From a virus: a DNA stretch of 37,359 bases. The stretch lies in IMG/VR virus record IMGVR_UViG_3300042786_000001; one strand, 5' to 3'. The translations under genes were made by a program, and so were the position numbers. Positions 8,801-17,511 of the stretch are shown here, piece after piece. Each line of letters starts with the position of its first letter. Within the stretch, counting starts at the first letter, position 1. Under the pieces are notes generated by a model, which was not told the origin of the DNA, made no database searches, and saw nothing but the letters and a program-made list of their open reading frames with translations.

Positions 8801-8876
8801 GTTGTTCTATTTCATCTTCTGCTGAAAAAGTGTTAGTTTTTATGTTGTAAGTTGTTCCGCCTATAATTGCTTTCAT
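5829..8876 (-). CDS. Large multidomain tail tip / receptor-binding protein (1015 aa)
   Basis: It lies immediately downstream of the tape measure gene, with the start abutting the TMP stop. It contains a short tandem TTTADF..GTL..VVA.ND.L repeat and a central jelly-roll/LamG-like segment (DDDFENGNINGWNG...YVDDVF). It also has two about 90-aa tandem repeats, each with an Asp-box (SVDGGSTW, STDDGATW). Confidence 0.7.
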   Translation of the reverse strand: MKAIIGGTTYNIKTNTFSAEDEIEQRATCSFSIVDENNEYTFQKGQPVRVEDDKNNNELVFAGYLETSDKYPLGHINSYMHDIVCIDMHYLADKRRISYAARNKLAGDIIKDIVDQKLVEEGVYYSKDLNFVETTTADFSTGTLSNVVAENDSLRLDKTGSDVTDIETTTADFAEGTLTDVVAVNDGLELVFKKVYLDDDFENGNINGWNGDTVNVLIDDTSKVNGTYSIVSDSSDAIIWNGEDLEESYNEMYFHCVDGAGVGQEIKMLIRYQDDNNYYDIRWGGNSALEFAVTNGGTRTVLTSNTQDITAGTTYMFIVSTDSDYFNARLCDSNGNEIAGVRTYDTTFTHGYTGVFLRNEANIYVDDVFQRNQDYEPTGTRQSPQLDLSPIDTVASSQISWQETLNAQSITIETSVDGGSTWQTATNGGSIPNLPANPTILDVRQVLSTTDTTVTPRLESLEVEVVSAYETTGYRISKPFDLSPAVEDGGSTITWQETKPTNTSITVETSTDDGATWDTATNGQPIPNLPTDLQGVELKYKTTLNTSDTSITPTFDEINIDVLTDNASIEDGTEILETRANFVPTEQLISSVADKMNFWWKIDSDKVLHFKSRDSEPADWQLEPQYIRGLPTAKTGNPLYRNQQLVKGPIGITEEQVDVERGDGDKKAFPVSFPIAEEPTIEISINGGAWQTQTVGRKGVDDGFQWYWEKESDIITHDNAESRLTSNDRVRCTFIGQFKIVAQTYDSNLISKQADIDGTSGIVEDAITVGNVEGREAAIEIGNSRIEKYGVDSKRLKFQTRRSGLKAGQLITVNNLTSMGINQGEKLLITRTNTFDENGQIFYDIEAVKGPKHKTWEEFFMELTKRAELVVSEGIGESEILIIPIDFSKTWTFAENPNIFRKLKADGTWQADGTYTPNFEPNDRVTHIAWFNGDTELGRQERTQQDVNTADRVDTLTYLGPNSANENITHFGWIGGFRATEQIGTGVLIDKQPYDLIKKETEALQISRLDYSWNY

Positions 8877-11605
8877 TAGAATCTAGCACCACCTTTTATT
8901 CTTATACTGTCCACTAGAGGTTGTTTGACGGCTTGTGCTATTGTTCTTCCGTCTAAGTTAACACTTATATTAGCTGTGCTGTATCCTCCACCACTAGAGC
9001 CTGTGTTTGAGCCTATAGGGGATACTGTTTCGCCTGCTTGCGCTAAGATTAAGCGTTCTTGCCCGATTGGGCCGGGTACTGTACCACCGTTGTGGAAAAT
9101 ACCACCAAAGAAATCACCGATACCTCCTAGAAGTCCGCCTCCACCGCCACCTGTAATGAATCCGAATACTTTTGAGGCAGCCATTTCAGCTAACTTATCC
9201 ATAACTTTGTTTAGCACATTTATCCACATATCATGAAATGCTTCGGTGACGCTTTTTGTACCCTGCAGAATTGAGGAAAAAGCATAAGCAAATCCAGTTT
9301 GGAGGAAACTTAATTCTTTTTCTGTGCGTTCCATTGATTTCTGATGATTTTCTTCCTCTAATTTGTCAATTTCATTTTGATAATACTGTTTAATAGCCCA
9401 TTTAGCTTGTTCATTATTTTTATTTGCCTCTAATTCTCTATTCATTTTAAGAATTAACATTTCTTTTTCAGTCGCATTTTGTTCAATCAAGCGCGACATG
9501 TAATTTTTAGTTGCTTCATTACGTTGATTAATGGTTTGCTGTCGCATTTCTCTTATTTTTCTCTGTTTTTCTTGCTCAATTTTTACAAATTCATTCGCAA
9601 AATATTGTTCTACTGCTGTTGTATTTGCACCTATTTCATTAGCATATTGCAAGGCTAACTTTTTCTGCTTTTCTAGCTTTTCTCTAACAGTCGCAGTTTG
9701 ACCAAAAAGTTTTTCTTCCCATTTAGATTCAAATTTTTCTGCTTTTTGCATGTTATTCCATAATTGTTCAAGTCCACTTACTGCTTTATCTGTATTATCT
9801 TCAATACCTTTTTCTACGCCTTCTACAATGTTTCGACCGTATCCCATGAAAACTCGAGAAGGTGAATGAGCATCAATTGCTTCACCAAATTTATTAATCA
9901 AACTTCCAGCAAAGCCAGTTACGGTATCTACTGCACCTTTTGCTTTGTCAGTTATTCCTTTTTTAACACCTTCAACTATATTTCCGCCAGCTTCTTTCAT
10001 TTTTTCTGGCAATTCATTAAATCCTTGTATAATTTTTTCTACCAATTCTTCAATTGCGGGTTTGATTATATTCTTCCAAGAGTTTTCTATAACTTTGACT
10101 AATGTGGCAAACATTCTTGACCCAATGTTACCTAATTCTTCACCAAAACCTTCAAAGTCACCTTGCATTAACTTTACTATTCCTTGAAATAAATCTCTAA
10201 TATTATCAAGTTGCATATTAAATATATTTTTAATATTTTGCCACATTGCTTTTGAAGCTGAAATTATATTTTCACCATAAGCTGACCAAAATTGTTTAGC
10301 CCAACCTACAAATATTGTTATAATTTGCTTAATGCTATCGAATATTTCTTGATAATCTGCCATTACAGCATTAAGACTTTCGGAATTTTCGCTCACAAAA
10401 CCTTCTACAAATGATTTAATTTGCTTGTATGCATCTATGCCCCAATAAATTGCATCTGAAACTCCAGAGAATACCGTTTCTGCCGTTGCTTGTATCTTTG
10501 GCATATTAGCAATAACCCAATCAGTCAAATCCTTCATGATAGGCATTAGTTGCTCTCCAACAGTAAGCCAAACTTCATTCATTCCAACCTGTATTCTTTC
10601 AAAATTTCTAGTTAGACTTTCTTCCATTTTCTTATATGCTTTATCAGTTGCACCACTAGCGCTATTCATTTCTTCTAAATCGCCTTTAAACTTCTTGGCA
10701 CCTTCACCTGTCAACGCAAGTGCTGCCTGCCCGGCTTCAATACTACCAAACATATTGCTAACTGTTGTTCCATTTTCTTTTGCAGCTTCTTCCATTAGTG
10801 ACATTGCTTCCTGTAAATTTCCACCTTCGCTGATAAAGGTTTGGAAGTCAGTTCCAGCCACTTCGCTAAATGCTGTACCTGCTTTGCTACCTTCTTTTGA
10901 TAATTCACTCATTGCTGATTTTAGCTGTGTTGTTGCTTTTGCTGTTGGTGTACCTTGCGAAGTCATTGTTGATAATGCTGCTGTTACATTACTAAATTCT
11001 ATTCCCATGCTGGAAGCGATTGGTGCTACATCAGACATATTAGCTGATAATTCGCCAAAGGTTGTTTTACCTTGCTTGACAGCTGTGAACATCAAGTCAC
11101 TTGCTTCTGCTGCTGATATATTTTCTTCACCGTAAGTGTTAACTACAGAAGATAGTACATCTACTGAAGTCTTAAGATCGGTCACACCTGCTGTTGCTGC
11201 TTTTTGTGCTTCTTCCATAAAAGTAAATACATTGTCTTTTGGCACGCCTGCTGAAATAGCTTGATACAGTGCTGGAGCTGCTTCATCAGTTGCTACGCCC
11301 ATTTCATTAGAAAAAGCTCGCAAATCATCGGACATTTGTTGTTGTGCTTCCTCACTTGCTTTAGGCATTAATGTAAATACTTCATTCATCTGCTTATCAA
11401 AGTTAGCAAACTCTTTCACACCTTTAGCTGCTGCTCCTGCTAATGCTGCACCTGCTGCTGCTGCACCTGCTGCCGCTGCTGTACCTATACCACCAAGCAT
11501 TTTTGAAAACTTGCCAGTATCTTTTTTAGCTGATGACATATCTTTTTTAAATTTTCTTGTATCTAGTTCTAACGTTTCATATAACTCTGCTACTTTTACA
11601 GCCAT
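8876..11605 (-). CDS. Tail tape measure protein
   Basis: 909 aa, located between the chaperone genes and the tail tip protein. It has the Ala/Gly-rich hydrophobic stretch GGIGTAAAAGAAAAGAALAGAAAKG, long helical regions and the Gly-rich C-terminus GGGGGLLGGIGDFFGGIF. Confidence 0.85.
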   Translation of the reverse strand: MAVKVAELYETLELDTRKFKKDMSSAKKDTGKFSKMLGGIGTAAAAGAAAAGAALAGAAAKGVKEFANFDKQMNEVFTLMPKASEEAQQQMSDDLRAFSNEMGVATDEAAPALYQAISAGVPKDNVFTFMEEAQKAATAGVTDLKTSVDVLSSVVNTYGEENISAAEASDLMFTAVKQGKTTFGELSANMSDVAPIASSMGIEFSNVTAALSTMTSQGTPTAKATTQLKSAMSELSKEGSKAGTAFSEVAGTDFQTFISEGGNLQEAMSLMEEAAKENGTTVSNMFGSIEAGQAALALTGEGAKKFKGDLEEMNSASGATDKAYKKMEESLTRNFERIQVGMNEVWLTVGEQLMPIMKDLTDWVIANMPKIQATAETVFSGVSDAIYWGIDAYKQIKSFVEGFVSENSESLNAVMADYQEIFDSIKQIITIFVGWAKQFWSAYGENIISASKAMWQNIKNIFNMQLDNIRDLFQGIVKLMQGDFEGFGEELGNIGSRMFATLVKVIENSWKNIIKPAIEELVEKIIQGFNELPEKMKEAGGNIVEGVKKGITDKAKGAVDTVTGFAGSLINKFGEAIDAHSPSRVFMGYGRNIVEGVEKGIEDNTDKAVSGLEQLWNNMQKAEKFESKWEEKLFGQTATVREKLEKQKKLALQYANEIGANTTAVEQYFANEFVKIEQEKQRKIREMRQQTINQRNEATKNYMSRLIEQNATEKEMLILKMNRELEANKNNEQAKWAIKQYYQNEIDKLEEENHQKSMERTEKELSFLQTGFAYAFSSILQGTKSVTEAFHDMWINVLNKVMDKLAEMAASKVFGFITGGGGGGLLGGIGDFFGGIFHNGGTVPGPIGQERLILAQAGETVSPIGSNTGSSGGGYSTANISVNLDGRTIAQAVKQPLVDSIRIKGGARF

Positions 11606-11631
11606 GTTTCACCTACTTTCTATTAAGCTGT

Positions 11632-12173
11632 TTATAACATACTTAACAATTTGCCTTCTTCATCTTCTACTGGTTTTTCCCCATCAGCTCTGATTGATCT
11701 CGCAAGAGCAGAATCTGCTGATAACGACTTGAGCAAAATATTAAACTTCCTCCAAGTTAAATTATCAGCTTCATCTATTAAATCTATTCTATACTCTCGC
11801 AAAAAATCAGCTTCTATGAATCCCCATTTTTCTGCGATGGAGAAGGTTGAGCGTTTTTTGTATCATCCTGTCCATCATCTTTGCCATTATATTTATTCCA
11901 CAGTTCTGTAATTAGCCATTCTGACTCTTCTACTGTCATTCCTTTTTCTGTCAACTTGTCAAATTGTTCCTTGCCTATCATAGCTTCAAGACTATTTTTT
12001 ACTTGTTTAGCCGGTAAACTTTCTGTACCTTTTTCCTGCATTTCTATAATGTTAAGCACACTAGAAAGGGGTGGGGAAGGAAGTAACTCAATATCCTCCC
12101 CAAATGCTTTAATTACAATCCCTTCTTTTTTACGTTCTGCTCTATACGCATCAAAATCTATTGTTTTGCTCAT
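11632..12173 (-). CDS. Tail assembly chaperone GT-type fusion, produced by a -1 programmed ribosomal frameshift
   Basis: Own translation. After slipping at A_AAA_AAC the -1 frame stays open for 74 codons (KKRSTFSIAEKWGFIEADFLREYRIDLIDEADNLTWRKFNILLKSLSADSALARSIRADGEKPVEDEEGKLLSML). It stops at 11632..11634, 26 nt before the TMP start. Confidence 0.65.
11814..12173 (-). CDS. Tail assembly chaperone (G-type, zero-frame product)
   Basis: 119 aa. It has an acidic C-terminal half, sits between the major tail protein region and the TMP, and carries a slippery heptamer near its 3' end. Confidence 0.7.
   Translation of the reverse strand: MSKTIDFDAYRAERKKEGIVIKAFGEDIELLPSPPLSSVLNIIEMQEKGTESLPAKQVKNSLEAMIGKEQFDKLTEKGMTVEESEWLITELWNKYNGKDDGQDDTKNAQPSPSQKNGDS
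11853..11859 (-). promoter_or_regulatory. -1 frameshift slippery heptamer A_AAA_AAC
   Basis: Minus strand: GAT ACA AAA AAC GCT. X_XXY_YYZ is in the correct register with the chaperone frame (codon phase checked against the stop at 11814..11816). Confidence 0.65.
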
Positions 12174-12193
12174 AATCTATCCCTCCATTAATT

Positions 12194-12532
12194 TTATAAC
12201 TTTAAAGCTGCAACTGTAACACTTGTTACTGCGTCATAATCTACGCTTACATTTCCATCGGCATCATTAAACCAATCCTGCGAAAATGGGCCAATTATCT
12301 TTTCATCACTCGCTGGTACTGTAACAGTTGGATTACTTAATGTAATATCTATACCACCTATTGTTATTGTCTTTTGTATATTAAGTGTTACATCGTGTGA
12401 AGATGCATCTCCATTCTTTACATATAATAATGTTTTACCATTGTTAACAAAACTATCACCTGCAACATCTGCTGCTGAAAATGAAGGTGTTAACCCTGCT
12501 AAATCAAACTCCTGTAATGTTAAATCCGCCAT
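12194..12532 (-). CDS. Hypothetical tail-module protein (112 aa)
   Basis: ORF track. It lies between the major tail protein and the chaperone, with a beta-rich composition. Confidence 0.5.
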   Translation of the reverse strand: MADLTLQEFDLAGLTPSFSAADVAGDSFVNNGKTLLYVKNGDASSHDVTLNIQKTITIGGIDITLSNPTVTVPASDEKIIGPFSQDWFNDADGNVSVDYDAVTSVTVAALKL

Positions 12533-12547
12533 TTAATTAACCTCCTT

Positions 12548-12988
12548 TTATACGTTAGGGTCAGTATCTAATGAAGCACCTGTTCTCTCAAACTCAAAAC
12601 CCCAACTGGAAGGGTCATTGTTTCCTCCACCAATATCTGCCAAATTAAATGTACCATTAAGCCATTTTTCTCTGCCAGAATTGTCGTGCACTATGTGTAA
12701 TGTGCTTTGCGCTGCTGTCCCTACTGCGTCTGATAGAGTTTCAACTTCTGCCTGCCCTGCATCTTGAGTAGCTCCGTCATAATACTCATAACCTTCTGCT
12801 GAAATTGTTTTAGCCCGCTGTGTTGCTAAGTGTTCAGCCATTCCATTGCTATCAAAAGTTGTAGTGTCTGAACTTTCCTTCTCTGTTGAAATTGTCAGCG
12901 TGTTAATACCTTTTATCGGCACATAAGCTGTTCCGTCATATACTTCAATAGTATAATTTCTTGCTAATACTTTGTTTGTAGCTGCCAT
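12548..12988 (-). CDS. Major tail protein
   Basis: 146 aa. The position upstream of the chaperone and TMP, and the N-terminus MAATNKVLARNYTIEVYDG...YVPIKGINTLT, are typical of siphovirus tail tube proteins. Confidence 0.65.
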   Translation of the reverse strand: MAATNKVLARNYTIEVYDGTAYVPIKGINTLTISTEKESSDTTTFDSNGMAEHLATQRAKTISAEGYEYYDGATQDAGQAEVETLSDAVGTAAQSTLHIVHDNSGREKWLNGTFNLADIGGGNNDPSSWGFEFERTGASLDTDPNV

Positions 12989-13004
12989 TTTAATTAATCA
13001 CTCC

Positions 13005-13415
13005 TTATATTTTTTTAACTTCCATTTCAAAATTAACTGAAAATCTGTGTCTGTTATTGTCATCTGGCCCGATATATATTCCCTGTGGCTGTATAGCCTG
13101 ACACTTAATAACATACCAGTTACCAGATGTAATCCACTTTTCTTCTCCTAAAACCCCAATTTCTGCTATAATTTCATCAACCAAACTTCTTGCAACTCTT
13201 GGGTCACGTGTTCCTCTAACAATAATTTGCATAGTAGGCTCAAAATAATCTGTTAACCACATATCACGTGGAAAGCCGCCTGTACCTTGCACCATTACAG
13301 CAATATCTGGTTCAGCTGGCATATTATCTTGAAATATGTTACCACTTATGCCAGTTTCGTCATAAATTATGTCTGTTATATTATTTGCCAGTCTTTGCAT
13401 TACTTCATCCAGCAT
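13005..13415 (-). CDS. Tail terminator / tail completion protein (by synteny)
   Basis: 136 aa, directly upstream of the major tail protein. Confidence 0.45.
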   Translation of the reverse strand: MLDEVMQRLANNITDIIYDETGISGNIFQDNMPAEPDIAVMVQGTGGFPRDMWLTDYFEPTMQIIVRGTRDPRVARSLVDEIIAEIGVLGEEKWITSGNWYVIKCQAIQPQGIYIGPDDNNRHRFSVNFEMEVKKI

Positions 13416-13416
13416 A

Positions 13417-13827
13417 TTATCCCTTCTTCATTTCTTCTTTTATCCAACCTTCTATCTTTCCACTCATTGCTTTTGATGTAGTTTCAAGCCACTTGCTTTC
13501 TCTACCATTTCTGTAGTTTTTTGATACTTCGTGAGTTTCAACTGCATAAGGCGTGTTATATGAGATGTAGAATATCGGCTTTTTGCGAAAATCAAACTTG
13601 AAATTATTTTTTGGCCATTGACCATTTTTAGCTTGATTATACACAGTTTTTGGCATACCACTTAATCCATCTTGAGTTACAACACCACTTCTCTCAAGCG
13701 TTCCTGTATCGTGTGGTACTTTCTTATTAGCTTCTGTTAATATAGATTCTGCCGCACGCCAAGTAGCTCTACCTGCTTTTTCTAATTGTTCATCGACTAC
13801 ATCATCAAACCAGTTGAACTTTGCCAT
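13417..13827 (-). CDS. HK97 gp10-like neck/tail-attachment protein (by synteny and weak motif)
   Basis: 136 aa. Located in the head-tail joining cluster and contains DTGTLERS. Confidence 0.45.
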   Translation of the reverse strand: MAKFNWFDDVVDEQLEKAGRATWRAAESILTEANKKVPHDTGTLERSGVVTQDGLSGMPKTVYNQAKNGQWPKNNFKFDFRKKPIFYISYNTPYAVETHEVSKNYRNGRESKWLETTSKAMSGKIEGWIKEEMKKG

Positions 13828-13835
13828 ATAATCAC

Positions 13836-14147
13836 CTACCTCAGCATTATTTCTACATTTGACAAGTTGCCAGTTAATGCGTTATCATATCTATTAACAG
13901 CAATAACTTCTGTTGTTTCACCTTTAACTTGCACTTCCGACTGCTTTTTAGGTTTAATATCAGCAGAAGTGTGCAATTGTGAAGGTGATGTAATTTCATT
14001 TCCTTCCTCATCAAAGGTTATTTTTTTCTTATGCACAAAATAGCAGTCTATGTCATAAGTGTCACCCCAGACTGGGCCATAAGCACCCTCGCCAAGATAA
14101 GGCTTAATTGTAGCTGTATGTGGTTGTGCTGATTTAGGTAACTTCAT
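13836..14147 (-). CDS. Head closure / head-tail adaptor protein (by synteny)
   Basis: 103 aa. It overlaps the upstream connector gene by 4 nt. Confidence 0.45.
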   Translation of the reverse strand: MKLPKSAQPHTATIKPYLGEGAYGPVWGDTYDIDCYFVHKKKITFDEEGNEITSPSQLHTSADIKPKKQSEVQVKGETTEVIAVNRYDNALTGNLSNVEIMLR

Positions 14148-14497
14148 TGTAGACTCACACCTCTATACAGGTAACCTTCTAACATTAATAATTGTCTTGC
14201 TCTGGGTGCTAACTCTGGAGGCCCACCACTGGGACTCTGTCCCCTGTTAGCTGCTGAAAAAGGACCAATACTTATTTCAGAGAAGAATTGTTGAGTGTTA
14301 AACTCATCAAATTGACTCCACCATTCATATTGCCTTACAGTAGCCTTAGACGCTATTTCTCCAGCAGTTATCCTACCTAATGTGTAATAGTCTATCAAGT
14401 CACTTGCTCTCTCTAATAACCTATTAGCATCGTCTGGTAAGTCTGCTTCTAACACACCTAGATAATCAGCTAATTCTGTTATACTTGCGTATGCCAT
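14144..14497 (-). CDS. gp6-like head-tail connector protein
   Basis: 117 aa. The N-terminus MAYASITELADYLGV...DANRLLERASDLIDYYT resembles gp6-type connectors. It lies downstream of the capsid gene. Confidence 0.55.
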   Translation of the reverse strand: MAYASITELADYLGVLEADLPDDANRLLERASDLIDYYTLGRITAGEIASKATVRQYEWWSQFDEFNTQQFFSEISIGPFSAANRGQSPSGGPPELAPRARQLLMLEGYLYRGVSLQ

Positions 14498-14498
14498 A

Positions 14499-14723
14499 TT
14501 ATCTCACCTTCTTAATTTCAGCTATTAACTCATCCTTTTTCAGCGAATAATAACCAGTCAACTCTTTTTCTTTTGCAATTTCTCTTAATTCATCAACTGT
14601 TTTATCTGCCAATTCTTCTTTCTCTTCAACTTCCTCTACAATTTCATATCCTTGCTGCTTGAATTTGGTGTCAAAGGCACGCTCTGACACGTGCCGTGTA
14701 ACACCGCCTCTTCTAATTTTCAT
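14499..14723 (-). CDS. Small protein with a Rho-N/SAP-like helix-extended-helix motif (74 aa)
   Basis: C-terminal half: KTVDELREIAKEKELTGYYSLKKDELIAEIKK. It lies between the capsid and connector genes. Confidence 0.5.
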   Translation of the reverse strand: MKIRRGGVTRHVSERAFDTKFKQQGYEIVEEVEEKEELADKTVDELREIAKEKELTGYYSLKKDELIAEIKKVR

Positions 14724-14735
14724 TAATTATCACCC

Positions 14736-15629
14736 TTATACTATAGCTGTAGCTTTTGTATGAGCATAGATTCCAACAGTCTTATTATCTGGAATAAAGA
14801 TGTCGTGATATACTCTAGACTGCATTAACCATCCATCTGTGCTCTGGTTAGTATCTGGGTCAAATACTTTAAGTTGTCTTTGTTTCACAATTGGAAGCAC
14901 AGCTGCATCGTGCACTAACAGGAAGTTAAGTTCATAATCTGTTCCACCAGTAGTTGCAGAATATCCAAAAGTAGTACTACCATCGTTGAGTGTAATTCCA
15001 GTATAAAATCTACCTTGTGGGACTTTGACTACTGGGATATTATCATAAGTATCAAATGTTCTGTCACCAATATCCATTACATCTCTTTGGAATAAGTCAG
15101 AGTTGCGAACATTAGAATACATTTGTGGTGTCATGAATAGACGCATACCTTCTTTGTTAACTTCGCTATCTTCAAGGTTAACAATAGCTGCATCAATAGC
15201 TTCTACTGTGTTTGTGTTATCCAAGTCGGCATTAACAACTGTCCCTGCTTTAGAAGCAATTTGAGCATATCTGTAAGCGTCTAACTCTGGCACAACTTTT
15301 TGTTTAGAAAATTGACTAGCAGTAAATGTAAATACGCTATCTAATGCTTCTAAATTATCCTGTCTATCAATTGTGAACTGAACACCTCTGTCTTGTGTCA
15401 ATGTGTGAGTTTCCCAATTAAAGTTAACAGAACCTGTAGGATAACCTGTTGCTCTATCATAGTCACCTAATCCGTCTAATGCAATTTTTGGAAGCAATAC
15501 TTCACCTGCATTTTGCCCATCTCTAACTAATTCCTGTGGAATACTTAATACATCGGAAGTTAATCCTCTTTTGTAAACCTCGTCTAAATAAGTTGTATAT
15601 TTTTTTGCTAGTGCAATACTATTAGCCAT
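14736..15629 (-). CDS. Major capsid protein
   Basis: 297 aa. It lies immediately downstream of the scaffold-like acidic protein and has a strong RBS (AAAGGAGAG). Confidence 0.7.
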   Translation of the reverse strand: MANSIALAKKYTTYLDEVYKRGLTSDVLSIPQELVRDGQNAGEVLLPKIALDGLGDYDRATGYPTGSVNFNWETHTLTQDRGVQFTIDRQDNLEALDSVFTFTASQFSKQKVVPELDAYRYAQIASKAGTVVNADLDNTNTVEAIDAAIVNLEDSEVNKEGMRLFMTPQMYSNVRNSDLFQRDVMDIGDRTFDTYDNIPVVKVPQGRFYTGITLNDGSTTFGYSATTGGTDYELNFLLVHDAAVLPIVKQRQLKVFDPDTNQSTDGWLMQSRVYHDIFIPDNKTVGIYAHTKATAIV

Positions 15630-15656
15630 TTAAAATCTCTCCTTTATAATTTTTAA

Positions 15657-16229
15657 TTAAAATGTAAATTTATCAGCCATTCTCTTGGCCCAATCTTCGT
15701 TGCTATCATTACCTGTGTCATCATCGCCTGTGTTAAAATCTCCAGCTGTTTTAGTAGGTTTGTTTTCTTCTTTTTCAAAGAAATAGTCTTTTTCTTCCTT
15801 CATATTTGCAATTAAATCATCAACTCCAACTACATTACCTTCATCATCAACTTCTAAGCTATCGATGTCTGCGACTTGCACAAAATCATTCAACGCTTTC
15901 TTGTTAACATTTTCAGCTAATGCAGCTTCTTTAACCGCAAATTCTTTCTGTTTTCTAACTGACTTTTGACTAATCTCATCAATTTTGCTCTCATATTCTT
16001 TTTTTAATTCTTCCGGGTCTTCCATTTCAGCCAGCTTATCCTTTAACTTTTCTAATTCATTTTTATACTCATTCTTTTCTTCGATAACCTGCTGAAATCT
16101 GTCATATGGAATTGTGTTATCCACTTCTTTTTGTTGAGTTTTATCTTCCTTTTCTGTTTTATCGACTTCTTCAGCTGTCGCATTCTCAACATTTTCTTTT
16201 TGCTCTACTTTTTCTTTTTCATCAGTCAT
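15657..16229 (-). CDS. Capsid scaffolding protein
   Basis: 190 aa, highly acidic and Lys/Glu-rich with coiled-coil character. It lies between the MuF-like and capsid genes. Confidence 0.65.
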   Translation of the reverse strand: MTDEKEKVEQKENVENATAEEVDKTEKEDKTQQKEVDNTIPYDRFQQVIEEKNEYKNELEKLKDKLAEMEDPEELKKEYESKIDEISQKSVRKQKEFAVKEAALAENVNKKALNDFVQVADIDSLEVDDEGNVVGVDDLIANMKEEKDYFFEKEENKPTKTAGDFNTGDDDTGNDSNEDWAKRMADKFTF

Positions 16230-16279
16230 TATAATTCCTCCTTATATTTTACATCTCTAACGCGGATGAAACGTAATTT

Positions 16280-17335
16280 TTATCTAGCAGTTTTAATCTG
16301 TTCTCGTTCATATTTTCTGTACCTTCCTGTTTCTTCGATAAATTCTTTTTGTTTGTCCTGCCATTTTTTGCGATAATTTTTAGCCTTTCTAGCTTCATCT
16401 TTTGTCATAGCGCCTGCTTCTCTGCGTTTCCATTTTCTGATTTGTCGCTCGTTATAACGCTGCTGTTGTCTTTCCTGATAATTATCAGCACTATCAACAG
16501 GCTCAGGTTTAGTTGTTAACCCTTCTACCCAAAGCGTTGCGTTGTGAGTACAATTTGCGTGCCAAAGCCCGTCTGCTTCCGCTTCAGCCACAGAAGGATA
16601 TTCTTCACTTCTGCCACTTATACTTAAAATTTCACCTTCCCACGGGTCGCATATCGGACAACTTTCAGCGTGTGCTGAAACAACTACCAAATCTTCACCA
16701 TTCTGCTGAAATCTATTTAATGAGCCATCTATTCTTGCTCTAGCAGCTGTAGTTCTAGTTGCCATTTCCGCATAAGTTTTAAGATTCCAACTCCTGCCAG
16801 ATTTATCAACAAATCCGCTAACTCCTCTGTTAGCAAACTCGTTCAGTACTCTCTGTGCACCCTCAACTCTTGTTCCGCTGCCAGTTAGGACAGTGTTAAC
16901 TCCTCTGCTGACAGCTTGTCTATACACATCATCAGCCTGTCTAACCATTCGTAAGTGTGTACCCTGCAAATTACCTTTGAGTGCTTTTGTATAATTAGCA
17001 ACTGTGGCTTCATCAATCTTGCCAAAATCAGTTGTTATTTCATTGATATTATATACTTTTCTCAATTCGGCTGTAGCATCTTTTGAACCTTGATTATATA
17101 ATTCCTGTATAATAGGCTGTAATTCTTTTTCTGTGTAATTGTCCAGCTTAGCTTTAATCTGCTTTTCAATACCACTTCTCAGAGTTTGCAATTCTCTTAA
17201 CTTTCTTAATTCCCATTGTTCAATGGTAAGTGATTTGTCTTTTTTGAGCCTATTGGCTATCCTCTGGATAATATCTCTTTCAGCTTGAGCATATACACGG
17301 CCTACTTCTAGTGTTAAGTCATCAATTTTAGCCAT
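16280..17335 (-). CDS. Minor head protein, Mu F / SPP1 gp7 family
   Basis: 351 aa, directly after the portal. It has the motif SAHAESCPICDPWEGEIL and a basic C-terminal tail. Confidence 0.7.
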   Translation of the reverse strand: MAKIDDLTLEVGRVYAQAERDIIQRIANRLKKDKSLTIEQWELRKLRELQTLRSGIEKQIKAKLDNYTEKELQPIIQELYNQGSKDATAELRKVYNINEITTDFGKIDEATVANYTKALKGNLQGTHLRMVRQADDVYRQAVSRGVNTVLTGSGTRVEGAQRVLNEFANRGVSGFVDKSGRSWNLKTYAEMATRTTAARARIDGSLNRFQQNGEDLVVVSAHAESCPICDPWEGEILSISGRSEEYPSVAEAEADGLWHANCTHNATLWVEGLTTKPEPVDSADNYQERQQQRYNERQIRKWKRREAGAMTKDEARKAKNYRKKWQDKQKEFIEETGRYRKYEREQIKTAR

Positions 17336-17507
17336 TTATACCACTCACTATTTTATTATAACCGCATTTTACACAAGCTATTACTATTTTATTTTCATAT
17401 ATATACCAATACCTTTTATTAGCTGGATGCTCACATTTTTCCCTTAACTTTTCCAACTCTTTTTCATATTCACAATTCCTCTTGTATTCTTCTTTTGTAA
17501 TTTTCAT
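17328..17507 (-). CDS. Small Cys-rich (zinc-ribbon-like) protein (59 aa from the internal start)
   Basis: The ORF track gives 17328..17549. The ATG at 17507 (MKITKEEYKRNCEYE...CEHP...CVKCG) starts 5 nt after the portal stop. Confidence 0.4.
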   Translation of the reverse strand: MKITKEEYKRNCEYEKELEKLREKCEHPANKRYWYIYENKIVIACVKCGYNKIVSGING

Positions 17508-17511
17508 ATTA

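Noticed and set aside
11440-11500. GCTGCT/GCAGCA-rich low-complexity DNA resembling a microsatellite
   Set aside because: It is in frame within the tape measure gene. It encodes the Ala/Gly-rich hydrophobic segment AAAAGAAAAGAALAGAAA, a common TMP feature.
13464-13661. Minus-strand 65-aa ORF nested out of frame inside 13417..13827
   Set aside because: It is entirely contained in a better-supported structural gene, has no RBS, and its composition looks like an off-frame translation.
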